Source: Haliotis rubra (taxonomy: Eukaryota). Taken from it: DNA of 64,000 nucleotides. The DNA is taken from NCBI RefSeq assembly GCF_003918875.1, contig NW_025766625.1, positions 1,240,001 to 1,304,000 on the forward strand. The letters run 5' to 3'. The translations under genes were made by a program, and so were the position numbers. Below the pieces are notes generated by a model, which saw only the letters and a program-made list of their open reading frames with translations, searched no databases and was not told the origin of the DNA. Each line of letters starts with the position of its first letter. Position 1 is the first letter of the stretch. This document shows positions 51,784 to 64,000 of this stretch, piece after piece.

Positions 51784-53420
51784 ACAGCAATTTCAGTAAG
51801 GTTTTGTAATACTATAGAAACAGAAACACGAAATCGTAAAAGGATCGCTTATTTTATAACAGAGGTAGATGAATAAATTTTACAGCATCGGAGCATTTTA
51901 TGTGGAAGTAAAAGTTCGCATTCCAACAACTTTTATGTGGTGATTTTTTTTCTCGAGCTAATAATGAACGCTATTCCCAATATACAGTTCAATTTTAATG
52001 ATTGTTTTCAGGAAAATACTTCATTTCTTTATTCTTCTGTCCATGTTTCCATGTAACTGTGTCTGAATTATTGTAAGAATGTTTACATTAGGGATCAGAC
52101 ATTGTGTTATTATGTCATTTCCACCTCGTGTTTTTCAAATATTTTTAAAATAGATATCTGTTTTATATGTTTCGGAGATCACGTGCACATTGACCAACAG
52201 AGTTCTCCACTGCATGCACTACAACGCCGAACATGGATACTGGACCAACAAATGTATTAGTGAAAAAGAGGAATCAATTGCTCCATAGAAATGTCTCGGA
52301 GGAGCAACTCCTCATGTAAGGTGAGCATCTGCTAACGGTGGACGTATCCTATCCCACTCGCCATAAACATATGCAAAGTCCATGGGAATATATGGTACAA
52401 GTCAAAATAAGGAAATGCATCGGACATTAACTTTCCTCCACATGTCTTCTATTTAACGTTTTGAAACCTTTAACACGACCAGCGTCAAGGATAACAAGGG
52501 GATAATTGGAAAACGTAATGAATGATGTCAGAAATCGTGTTGCTGATTCCAACGTATTCATAATCAGTTTGATTAGTTGACCATAACTGGTTCAGAAAAA
52601 CGTAAAACTTACTATTCCGAAAGAATATACATGTGTGGGACATGTAAACTGAATGTAAGTTTGATAGCTGTGCACATGACCCAATAATATTCCTCGCCTC
52701 AACACAGAGTGAATGACACCAAGCTCTCGCACACGGTAATCTAGATGTGAAGCGTAACACTGTACGCCCTTCCCCTGCCACCTAGGTCACCTTCCCAGCA
52801 TTCTACCGGTATAGCTGTAGTTCCGGTATAGATCCACGTGTGTGTATCAAGGCTCTCTCACCACCATCTGTATCAGAGACAGGCCACATAGGAAGCAGGT
52901 TCGACTCCTCCAACCTAACCAAGAACCCATTACCATTTACCAGCGATTTTGCAAGTACTAAGTGAGTCAACTGTGAAAGTTTAGCACATTATAATGAGTA
53001 GTATAGTCTCTCAATACAGGGTGAAAGTGAACAATAAGCAATGGTTCTTTGTTCCAGACGTACACACATGGGGCACTGACGGGTAGAGGTGATTATCCAT
53101 GCTATATGGTCAGTTCTGTTTATTGTAAGAAAGACCAAAGGCAGTGCAACAAATTTATACTGCAACATAACAATGCATTAGTGTTAACGTTATTTTATGA
53201 TAGTCTTATTGATAGTCATATTTTAGTCATGATATAATTACATTATGGGCAAACAGTGCACGTGATATTGAACCATTATTATTTTTATCTATAGGGATGG
53301 GCTACGATGGGAACTCCGATTGAAAGAAAACTTTCTTAGTCATAATTAGTTGCTATAGCATACAATAGCATAGCATAATAGCGACTTAGCATAACACACA
53401 ATTCATTTTCCACACCTGCT

Positions 53421-53576
53421 GGGGCGGTGGGGTAGCCTAGTGGTTAAAGCGTTGGCTCGTCACGCGGAAGACCCGGGTTCGATTCCCCACATGGGCACAA
53501 TGTGTTAAGCCCATTTCTGGTGTCCCCCGCCGTGAATATTGCTAAAAGCGGCGTAAAACTAAACTCAGTCAGTCAG
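53421..53576 (+). mobile_element. SINE-A
   Basis: Consensus match, 12-bp TSD tccacacctgct. Confidence 0.93.
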
Positions 53577-53836
53577 TCCACACCTGCTACATCAAATGGG
53601 TATTTTAGTGCTCTTTCTAAAATCTATGATAATGGTAAATGGGATCTTAAAACTGTTTTTCAGAATAAATTTGTGAGGAAAACTCTGGTGCCAGCAATGA
53701 CACACCTTGACAATACTTATATCACCTTTAGAACCTTCCGTACGAGTAGACCTCCAGACCTCTTGCCTTAACATATCAATAGCACAACAGGAAAGTGTTC
53801 ACAAAGTCATAAACATTAGCAACTCATACAAACACA

Positions 53837-54000
53837 CGGGTAGTGGGGTAGCCTGGTGGTTAAAGCGTTCGCTTGTCACGCTGGAGATCCGGGTTCGATT
53901 CCCCAAATGGTTACAATGCGCCAAACCCATTTCTGGTGTCACCCGCCGTGATATTGCTGGAATATTGCTAAAAGCAGCCTAAAACAATATTCACTCACTC
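53837..54000 (+). mobile_element. SINE-A
   Basis: Consensus match with A/B boxes and (actc)n tail. Confidence 0.88.
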
Positions 54001-55947
54001 TCCTTCCCAACATACATAAACCGATGACCTTGTCAGTACCACGTATAAAATATACACATAGTTGGAAGAAACTAAAAACAGTTTCTGTGAATAAATTCCT
54101 ATCGTAATGCGATTAAATAAAATGCGATCCGGAAATAATAATAAACAGCATTTTATCTTTGTTGATATTCCTAGATGCATGAATATAATGTTTCGTATGT
54201 GTGTGCATCTCTGGGTACCCTCATGGTCATGATTCATCTCAAGCTCCCATTGTGGGCAGAGAAAGGACACTTCAAGATTATATTGATGTTGTTTGTACAG
54301 TATTTTGTTGAAGATCAGAAGGGACATAACTCTGTATGTCAAGCTTGATATGTTTTACTTTTCTTCGATATTTTACGGAGCAGTTGTCTCTCTGCATCGT
54401 TTACAAGCGACACATTCTCCATTGTACAATTACAGTCGTATACAAATATTTTCTTTACTTGATAATATGAAGTTCATTCGAAGAACTATGAATAATTAAC
54501 ATCCGGAATGCTACGTAAATCTAGTCCATACGGGTGCCATTATCGGAACCTGTTGCTTGTTTAAAGGACAATTTTAACTTTATATATATTTAGCCATAAT
54601 AATCACACGGTTCCTTAGAGGAATACTCCCCTAAGTTCTACAGAGGTAACAGCCCCGTCTCGGACATGATTGGAATATTGCAATTTCCTGGAAACTGAAC
54701 ATTAATACATGAAAACAAAAACCCTATATCCGGCGGAAGTGCTTGAGTTTTATTTGAACGTGTCTTCCTTAGGACATGCTGATAAACATAAATACTTTGG
54801 GGTTATGTTTCACAAGAGCAATTGATTTAATATTGACATTAAAACCTCATATTTTACTCACCTTACGTTATTCGTTTGATTGTTTGTATGTTTATTGTTT
54901 CTTTTCAATCCATCTGACGGAGACCTGTAGATAATCGGGTTTCGACAAGCGAAATCAATGATCGATACTCTGAGCAACGTCCCACCGCACCGGAGCGTAA
55001 TAAAGAGATGATTCTCACTCCATCAGGTCGACGAGTCTCTCCATCCCTTGCGATCTGCATAATTGACACCTAATCTACCTACCTCGAAGTGTATATGAAC
55101 AGAACGCTGATCTGTACATTAACTTCTGCATTTTACATATGGTTGATTGTTTGGCAGGAGCCAGTGCAAGCAATCGTAAACATACAGAGTTGCTAATACT
55201 AAATACCCGACCTCATTTATAACAAACATTAATGATGGTTAGGCATGTGTTGTATCCTTAGGTTGGCCGGCGTAATCAATGTAATGAAATTGAGACAGAA
55301 ATCCCGCCAACGCTGACATAGAGAATCTAATGATATTTTGATTTCTGTTGGGAAAGTATCCCGTAATGGAATATTGTTTTCATCACAATTATAAATAATT
55401 AATTTGAATAAATGCTTCGTCAAACAGAGAAGTCTAATTTCTCCTCACAGCTGAAGTTGTCAATGTTCACAAACGTGGTCTATTAGCCGGCACTGTTTAA
55501 GAGTTTTGAATGTTTGTTGGAAAACGGAATATACAAGTTTTTTCAGATTTCTCTCACGAAACAAATAGTAGATAATGGTTACAGATACATTTTACGCCAG
55601 TGTGTATTTCTAGTAACCATTATATATTGACTGCGTATATGTGTGTATATATTTGTAAACAGGAAAAGCAACGCGACTGACTTATATCAGAGTATTTACA
55701 GCCGCTTGTCAAAATAGACCGGACCTTCGAACATACAGTGAGTACGTATAGCACCCATATTATGTCCTTATCATGATCTGTTATAATCTGGGTAAATTAT
55801 GAACTAAACTTTGTTTTGAGCGTGGGTGTATGAAGTGTTTAAAACATATTACAGTATCAAAGTCTACACATAAGACTCTCAATACAATGTCGATAGAGTC
55901 GGACCTGGGCGCCCAATGCCCTCTCTCCTCGTCCACATGTTGTAATC

Positions 55948-55957
55948 GGGGATTCCC
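55948..55957. promoter_or_regulatory. NF-kB-like site upstream of the IAP-4 main exon
   Basis: GGGGATTCCC matches the kB consensus; ~200 bp downstream of a candidate exon-1 donor (ca|GTGAGT ~55738). Confidence 0.35.
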
Positions 55958-56342
55958 ATTTCTATTTTTAGACAAGGGCTGTGTCGGTAGATTGTGCAAC
56001 GTTATATCACTAATACCTAACAATAATCCTAAAAATTAATGATATATAACCAATAATATATATAATGTTTATAGCTCTCCAATAAACACTTGTATAGAAT
56101 CGTATTATGCATGTCTATTGGTAATAAATAGATAAACGCAATAAACGACACGTATTGCTATATTTAGATTATGATACGAAACGAACATTCGAGATGTACG
56201 TGTCAGTCATTGCAAAATCATTCGCCATCTCCTTGGGCCTCGTGAATGGTATGTATATTTCATAGTCCGACAGTTAGAATCGTAAATCACCCATTCTGTA
56301 TTAATTATGTGATATATATATTTTGAAATACTTCATAACCTC

Positions 56343-56590
56343 GACCCGTGAAGGTCCGAGTTAGAATATTGGCCTTCTGTAACCCATGCTTGTCGTAAGA
56401 GGCGACCTACGGGATCGGGTGGTCAGGCTCGCTGACTTGGTTGACACATGTCATCGGTTCCCAATTGCGCAGATCGATGGACGCTTCTTCATCACTGGAT
56501 TGTCTGGTCCAGACTCGATTATTTACAGACCGCCGCCATATAGCTGGAATATTGCTGAGTGCGGCGTAAAGCTTAACTCACTCACTCACT
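56343..56590 (+). mobile_element. SINE-B, full length
   Basis: gacccg head to (actc)n tail; TSD tcataacc. Confidence 0.9.
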
Positions 56591-57044
56591 CATAACCACG
56601 ATGTGCAGCTGAAGGATTGGACGTGTATGTTTTATCAACAGTCAGTCAATTTGTACGAACACTTTAACGACTTAAATCTTATTTTCCACAAACACACAGC
56701 ACTACCGCACAACCTGTTTTCGAACAGTTAAAACATTGCTGAAGATGAAGGAATGAGTGAATGAAAACTTATAAATTCGTGTTTCGACTCTATTACACTT
56801 GTGTGGAGTGAGTGAGTGAATCTGAAATATCATTTTTTTAGACTTTTTTTACCACCTACCGACAGGAATATTGATGTGGAAAATCCGTAACCAAGTAAAA
56901 CAAATGTGTGGCCTCGCGTTGAAAATATCGATAAAAAATGTGTTTTTAGCCCCCAGGCATGTAAATCAACGCATACACATGTAGACAATGTTTCCATTTT
57001 CATTGATATACAACTAATCACCTGTGATAATACCACTTTTTCAG

Positions 57045-60000
57045 CATAGTGACGACGCCCACGGTTTGAAAACTATCAGAAACGATCAAAGACATCAACA
57101 CCTACTACAATGGCTGGGCTACATGTAGTTATTGTATCATGTGTTTACCTCGCTGTCGCCTCTCTGCCAACCAATAACCCGAAACATGGGGCACAAGAGG
57201 GTTTACAGAGGTGCAGTTCCTTCTTCCAGGAATCCGGACATTCTCATCGTGGCAACATGGTGCTGAGTGAACTGGGACACGGGTGTGCTAACGTAAAGGT
57301 CACTACATCAGGAAGGACTAAGAATATATGTGTACCTTGGATACTTCTGTTGATCGTGGTGCTTGGTATACTTCAATTATATTTCTCTATCAGACTTGAA
57401 GATATAATGTTGAAACGTGTTGATGATAATGTGGATGATGGACACTGTGTTCATATTACTTCACTGTTTAAATCCGTGAAATTTGCCCATAAAAGCAAGA
57501 TGGGATTGATACGTGAAAGAAACGAACTGAAAACATCTCTTTCTAATATTGACGGAAACAGGCCATCTAAGGAACAGTTCATTACGAGAACAGTTGTGAA
57601 GTACTTTGACAGTCATTCAGAGAAAATAGACAAAGTCCTTTCTGGTATGTTTGAAATCCAGCCCGAGTATCTTTCAGTTCCCGAAGTGGTGGCCCAGCCC
57701 TTTACAACATCACTGACGGCCTATCTGGGGAAGGTGCAGGAGGCCGGACAGGTGCCCGTGGAGGAAGAGATGTGCTTACGAGGTACGGAGACTGCAGTCT
57801 TTTTCTAGGATCCCCGTCCAAGCCTCACCCATGAGGCTTGCCCAGTCAGGATTCTATGCTACAGGTCGCGAGGACGAGGCTCGTTGCTACAGCTGTAGGA
57901 AGTCACACACAGGCTGGCAAATAATGGACAGACCGGATGTTCTACACAGAGTTATTTCCCCAGACTGCCCACATCTGAACAGAGGCGACCCGCGAAATAT
58001 ACCGCTGACTTCAAATTCGAATGCAACAACGGTGTACGGTATCCTTGGGGAGTACTCTGGAAGCAGCAATGTAACAACAACAGATACATTACCACCTACA
58101 GCTACAGAGACACCAACTCTAGGAGCAGCAGCAGCAGCAGCAGCAGAAGTAGCAACTGTCGTGTCTGAACCATCCCTTGACATGAACAGTGCTGTGCATC
58201 CTCATTACAGAGACATGCAGACCAGGTTAGACAGCTTCAGAGGCTGGGACACGTCACACGTGCAGGACCCGCGGGTACTGGCGACAGCAGGTTTCTTCTA
58301 TGCAGGTAGGGTTTACAGTTACATCGGAATTATGTCAGCCATACAGATGCATGAATGGTACCCGAAACAGTCGATTATAATCAACGTCGAACCACTGCAA
58401 ATGCAATGTACTCATTACTTTTACAATGTCTTTAAACTTAGCAAAACTAAAGTCGTATCGAAGACCAGTTCTGGTCAATCTGAGATAGCACTACCCTCAG
58501 GCACCAACCATTATTTATTCTTGTGTTGCGTTTAGGTACGGGATGGAATTTGGATGTTTTATTAGAGACTGTATATATTATTTATAATTAATGTTAAATT
58601 TGTATTCTTCAACACATTTTATTCACGACATACATCATGTCCAACGCAAAAAAAGATATTTTGATAGAAAGAAGGTATTTGTTTCTCGAGTTTTTGTCGG
58701 GAGCTCATATTAATACCACATGAACCTCAGAATAACAAATGGTCGAATCATGGCACAAATAAAACTACAATTACAATTTAGCTTGTAAATACCTCATCGG
58801 ATCTCATCTCCATCTCCCTGTGCAAATTTCAGTAAGGAGCAATCTACTTGATCCTGGTTTGTTTTTTGTATGATTTTGACAGAAGGTAAACCAGCCATAC
58901 TGGTGTTCGAGGGAGTGTACTAAAGTCACAAGCTATGCAATCATTTATTACAGGTTACTCCGACTGTGTCCGGTGTTTCTACTGTGGTGTTGGTCTGAAG
59001 ACGTGGGAAGAGAGAGATGACCCTTTTGTGGAGCACGTGCGCTGGAGGTCGTCCTGCAGCTACATCCGTAGATTGAAAGGAGAGAACTTTGTCATACAGG
59101 CGTTGGCACACAAGGTTAGGATATTTCCGTCTGAAGACGACCTTGGTTTGTCCAGGCCTAAATCATGAGTATAAGTTTAAACACTTTACCTGTGAGCTTC
59201 ATCTACGAACTGCGCCACTTTGGGTTCAGAAGAAAAGTGAAATAATGTTCAAAGGATTGTACAATTGAGTAAGTCACTGCTTCCCTCATCTCCGAACACC
59301 TCAAACATTGCCAGTACATTCAGGTCGTCCTCTCTACTGCTTACAGAAATAACCTATTGCGTATTTTTCATGTTTTTACTCCCGGTGTAATCTGCTTCGG
59401 CAGACTAGCAATGGCGTTGACATATATTTGCATAATAGCTGTTTCTGTTTCAGACTTCTCCAAGCTCCACTGTAACCAACAGTATGTGAAGTGTATTCTT
59501 AGTTTTAGAAATATCGCGATTGGTGACATGTGGGTATAGTATAGTACAAACATGCGGCATCTTCACTTTTTGTCTAATTCTACATGCACGATAGAAGAAT
59601 CAAATACTCGTGCTTATACAGATCAATTTTCGATAGGGACGTTGATGAATGGGAATCTCCCTGCCACATTAACGAGAACGTCATAAATAGTCGTATAGGT
59701 GTATCATTGAATACTATTAATGTATCCATCAAAGGTTTCATGGATCTCAAAACAAATGTCTCTTTACACGTTTATCAAAATAAAAACGCAATCCACACTT
59801 ACGAAATTACTGATACATAATAGGGAGTATGAGTAATAATGAGTGAGTGAGTGAGTGAGTATGGTTTTACGCCGCTCTTAGCAATATTCCAGCAATATCA
59901 CGGCGGGGGACACCAGAAATGGGCTTCACACATTGCACCCATGTGTGGAATCGAACCCGGTTCTTCAGCGTGTCGAGCGGACGCTTTAACCATTAGGCTA

Positions 60001-60276
60001 CCCCACCGCTCCGAGTAATAATGACATATCCAAGTACATTATGTTTAGATATGACGTATCATGAAAACGGTCATGTTCTCACAACGTACAACATGAATGA
60101 CAAATTCACTTCCTGAAAAATGGAAGACAGAATTCATTCGTATCACATTGTACCCTGTTCAGACATGGCTGTCGTGGCGAGGGCGGTGGAGATGGGGTTC
60201 TCCCGGCAGATGGTGGAGAAGGCGGTGATGGAGATGTCCCGGTCGTACAACAACTCCCGTGCTGCAGGGCAGACAG
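57045..60276 (+). CDS. IAP-4: BIR-BIR-UBA IAP with hydrophobic (signal-like + TM) N-terminus; 3' exons not found in window
   Basis: Exons 57045(ATG 57110)-58305 (BIR1 CYSCRKSHTGW..H..C, BIR2 first half to FYAG|GT), 58954-59114 (CFYCGVGLKTWEERDDPFVEHVRWRSSC), probable 59454-59481, and 60163-60276 (UBA, AVEMGFS). One extra T at 57776-57777 separates ORFs 57110-57808 and 57831-58535; removing it gives EEEMCYEVRRLQSF..MRLAQSGFYA. Confidence 0.88.
59843..60012 (-). mobile_element. SINE-A (intron of IAP-4)
   Basis: Consensus match, TSD gagtaataatga. Confidence 0.92.
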
Positions 60277-60684
60277 GTATGAAAGCAGCATCAGCGGTAA
60301 CAGTGCATCTGTGGTAGACGCCTAATCTAAGTATACTATGGACAAGTAGATAGATCTGCCTGTTGGCAGGTAAACAGTCCATCCACTGACTGAAGAAGTA
60401 CGGAGACGATTGCGATAGATGCAGTAGCATTGTGCTGTTGGATAAATATGTTGTTGAGTGCTTGGTGCTTGTTCCCTTTGCGACGGGATTTGTATCTGCT
60501 ACATCAGACTCAAAATCACTGAACACGTCACAATTTAATTCTGGACTCACAAAAGTCCAGAAACTCTCCGCACTGTGGGCACTTTCTGACAAGGGATTTG
60601 ACCAAATTAAACATGCAGTTGTTATGAACATATGCCAAGGATGAAAAAATGAAAAAATATTTTTTCGAAAACTTAAAATTTAAA

Positions 60685-62985
60685 CTCGCTCGCCCATGGG
60701 CCTGCCCATGGGCGAACAATAACCCATGGGCGATGGGAGAATGTTTAATTTCGATCAGAATTCATGTTTTGGAGGTTGTAAATGAATGAGTGTATGTTTA
60801 TAAGCATCATGTCACAAATTTCAACTCATATTGACTTAAATCGATTAAATTAGAGCGATATTAAAAAATCTCGCCCATGGGCGAAAAATATGTTGGCCCA
60901 TGGGCGAGAATGTTTAATTTCGATCAGAATTCATGTTTTGGAGGTTATAAATGAATGAGTGTATGTTTATAAGCATCATGACACAAATTTCAACTCATTT
61001 TGACTTAATTCGACTAACTTAGAGCGATATTAAAAAATCTCGCCCATGGGCGAAACATATGTTGGCCCATGGGCGAGAATATTTACTTTTACTCAAAATA
61101 CATGTTTTCCCATGTTTTGGATGTTGTAAATGAATGAGTGTATGTTTATAAGCATCATGACACAAATTTCAACTCATTTTGACTTAATTCGACTAACTTA
61201 GAGCGATATTAAAAAATCTCGCCCATGGGCGAAAAATATGTTGGCCCATGGGCGAGAATATTTCCTTTTACTCAAAATACATGTTTTTCCATGTTTTGAA
61301 GGTTGTAAATGAATGAGTGTATGTTTATAAGCATCATGTCACAAATTTCAACTCATTTTGACTTAAATCGACTAACTTTGAACGATATTAAAAAATCTCG
61401 CCCATGGGCGAAAAACATTTTAGCCCATGGGCGAGAATGTTTAATTTCGCTCAAAATTCATGTTTTGGAGGTTGTAAATGAATGAGTGTATGTTTATAAG
61501 CATCATGACACAAATTTCAACTCATTTTGACTTAATTCGACTAACTTAGAGCGATATTAACAAATCTCGCCCATGGGCGAAACATATGTTGGCCCATGGG
61601 CGAGAATATTTACTTTACTCAAAATACATGTTTTCCCATGTTTTGGATGTTGTAAATGAATGAGTGTATGTTTATAAGCATCATGACACAAATTTCAACT
61701 CATTTTGACTTAATTCGACTAACTTAGAGCGATATTAAAAATCTCGCCCATGGGCGAAAAACATATTTGGCCCATGGGCGAGAATATTTCCTTTTACTCA
61801 AAATACATGTTTTTCCATGTTTTGAAGGTTGTAAATGAATGAGTGTATGTTTATAAGCATCATGTCACAAATTTCAACTCATTTTGACTTAATTCGACTA
61901 ACTTAGAACGATATTAAAAAATCTCGCCCATGGGCGAAAAACATATGTTGGCCCATGGGCGAGAATATTTACTTTCGCTCAAAATACATGTTTTCCATGT
62001 TTTGGATGTTGTAAATGAATGAGTGTATGTTTATAAGCATCATGTCACAAATTTCAACTCATTTTGACTTAATTCGACTAACTTAGAACGATATTTAAAA
62101 TCTCGCCCATGGGCGAAAATATGTTGGCCCATGGGCGAGAATATTTACTTTACTCAAAATACATGTTTTTCCATGTTTTGGATTTTGTAAATGAATGAGT
62201 GTATGTTTATAAGCATCATGACACAAATTTCAACTCATTTTGACTTAATTCGACTAACTTAGGGCGATATTACAAAATCTCGCCCATGGGCGAAAAACAT
62301 TTTGGCCCATGGGCGAGAATATTTCCTTTTACTCAAAATACATGTTTTCCCATGTTTTGGATGTTGTAAATGAATGAGTGTATGTTTATAAGCATCATGT
62401 CACAAATTTCAACTCATTTTGACTTAATTCGACTAACTTAGAACAATATTTAGAAATCTCGCCCATGGGCAAAAGATATGTTGGCCCATGGGCGAGAATA
62501 TTGACTTTTACTCAAAATACATGTTTTTCCATGTTTTGGATTTTGTAAATGAATGCGTGTATACTTATGGGTATCATGAAACAAATTTCAACTCATTTTG
62601 ACTTAATTCGACTAACTTAGGGCGATATTAAAAAATCTCGCCCATGGGCGAAAAATATGTTGGCCCATGGGCGAGAATGTAGCATTTCGATCAGAATTCA
62701 TGTTTTGGAGGTTGTAAATGAATGGGTGTATGTTTATAAGCATCATGACACAAATTTCAACTCATTTTGACTTAATTCGACTAACTTAGAGCGATATTAA
62801 AAAATCTCGCCCATGGGCGAAAAACATTTTGGCCCATGGGCGAGAATATATCCTTTTACTCAAAATACATGTTTTTCCATGTTTTGAAGGTTGTAAATGA
62901 ATGAGCGTATGTTTATAAACATCATGACACAAATTTCAATTCATTTTGACTTAAATCGGCTTATTTAGAGCGATATTTAAAATCT
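60685..62985. repeat. ~170-180-bp satellite (~12-13 units) carrying paired GCCCATGGGC palindromes
   Basis: tctcgcccatgggcgaaa..tggcccatgggcgagaat..gttgtaaatgaatgagtgtatgtttataagcatcatg recurring every 169-181 bp. Confidence 0.97.
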
Positions 62986-64000
62986 GCATTATTTACGGTA
63001 ACATGGATTAGCTAATAGCGCATTGCCGGGAAACCCACATTCACACGATCACTCAACCATACCCATTGCCGGTTGAGCCAAACCATTTTCAACTCTTGTT
63101 TTCTTAAAAGTGGCTTTCCCAGGCTATTACTATCAGCACATCCCAATCCGACCATCCGTCATTTATTACCTGTCATGAGCTATCAGTTGTATTGAAAGCT
63201 CTCGCCTATTGTTTCATTACTTCATTGTTTCACGGATGGGTATGTAGTCACTCCAAATTCACCATATGTGCGTGACTGTCCTCTCCGACGTCCGCGCCCA
63301 CCTCTCAACCTAGCAATCTCGATCCACTTTCTGCTCACTATCAAGCCATCTATAACTTCACCTCTCTCTAACCACCTGTCTTCTCAGAGGTCCGCGCGCC
63401 TCTCTTTTCCTTCATTATTTCACACCAACTCTACCTCCCAACAACTACTGTCTCCTCCGAGGTCCGCGCGCCTCCAGCCACCACCGACTCCCCGCCGCCT
63501 CTCAGCACCAACCATAACAAACTTCACTGTCATTTCCCATCTCTTCTCATCTAATTACATCAAACTACATTATTTTTTATTTTCCCTTCCTAATCACGGC
63601 TTTTTATTTATTATCATGTTTGTAGCCGTTTTCATTCAAAATTCACTTAGGTTAACACCCCATCATTTACATTTATGGGGTATGGTGGTTTATCCCTTAT
63701 TATGAACATATTAATTATTACTTTAGCTCCCACCTACCCTGTCGGTGTTATTGGCTACAGCCAGAAGCCGACGTTAAACTCATAATCATCATCATATGTA
63801 GTCACTAGGCACTTAAAACATTAGAAGTAATGCCATGGAACAAGTTATCTAACTACAGTATGACGTGATATTGTATAGGCAAAGGTACTACCTTGTGTTG
63901 GAAACTGTATCTGACATACTGCTTCAATGATACATTGATTCAGAAATCACGGCAAGATAAGACCCAGTACAGTATCTTATTTATTAATTTGTTAACGTAC

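Noticed and set aside
63268-63705. 145-aa ORF as the continuation of IAP-4
   Set aside because: No linker or RING similarity; low-complexity, noisy sequence.

Overview
Eukaryotic, intron-containing, repeat-rich animal DNA. It is most likely molluscan, inferred from the tandem IAP cluster and the SINE repertoire, but this is not proven. The core is a cluster of four inhibitor-of-apoptosis (BIR-domain) paralogs. Three are on the minus strand: IAP-1 ~11.6-12.8 kb (single BIR, truncated or divergent), and IAP-2 23.3-27.6 kb and IAP-3 33.7-40.8 kb (both BIR-BIR-UBA-RING with matching exon structure). IAP-4 (57.0-60.3 kb, + strand, divergent) has BIR-BIR-UBA, and its 3' exons were not found in the window. 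Each paralog has a long, rapidly diverged N-terminal extension in the same exon as BIR1. In IAP-4 it contains a signal-peptide-like segment and a clear transmembrane helix, making it a candidate membrane-anchored IAP. Several small frameshifts may be assembly errors. Intergenic and intronic DNA holds Tc1 transposon relics, LINE fragments, three or four SINE families (one starting with a covarying pseudoknot instead of a tRNA head), Penelope-type minimal hammerhead ribozyme motifs, MITEs, a 2.5-kb duplication of a putative promoter/first exon, and many tandem arrays. Two arrays derive from local mobile elements. There is a 144-N gap and a noisy low-complexity zone at ~2-5 kb. No prokaryotic features or CRISPR arrays. 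All alignments and structures were read by eye.
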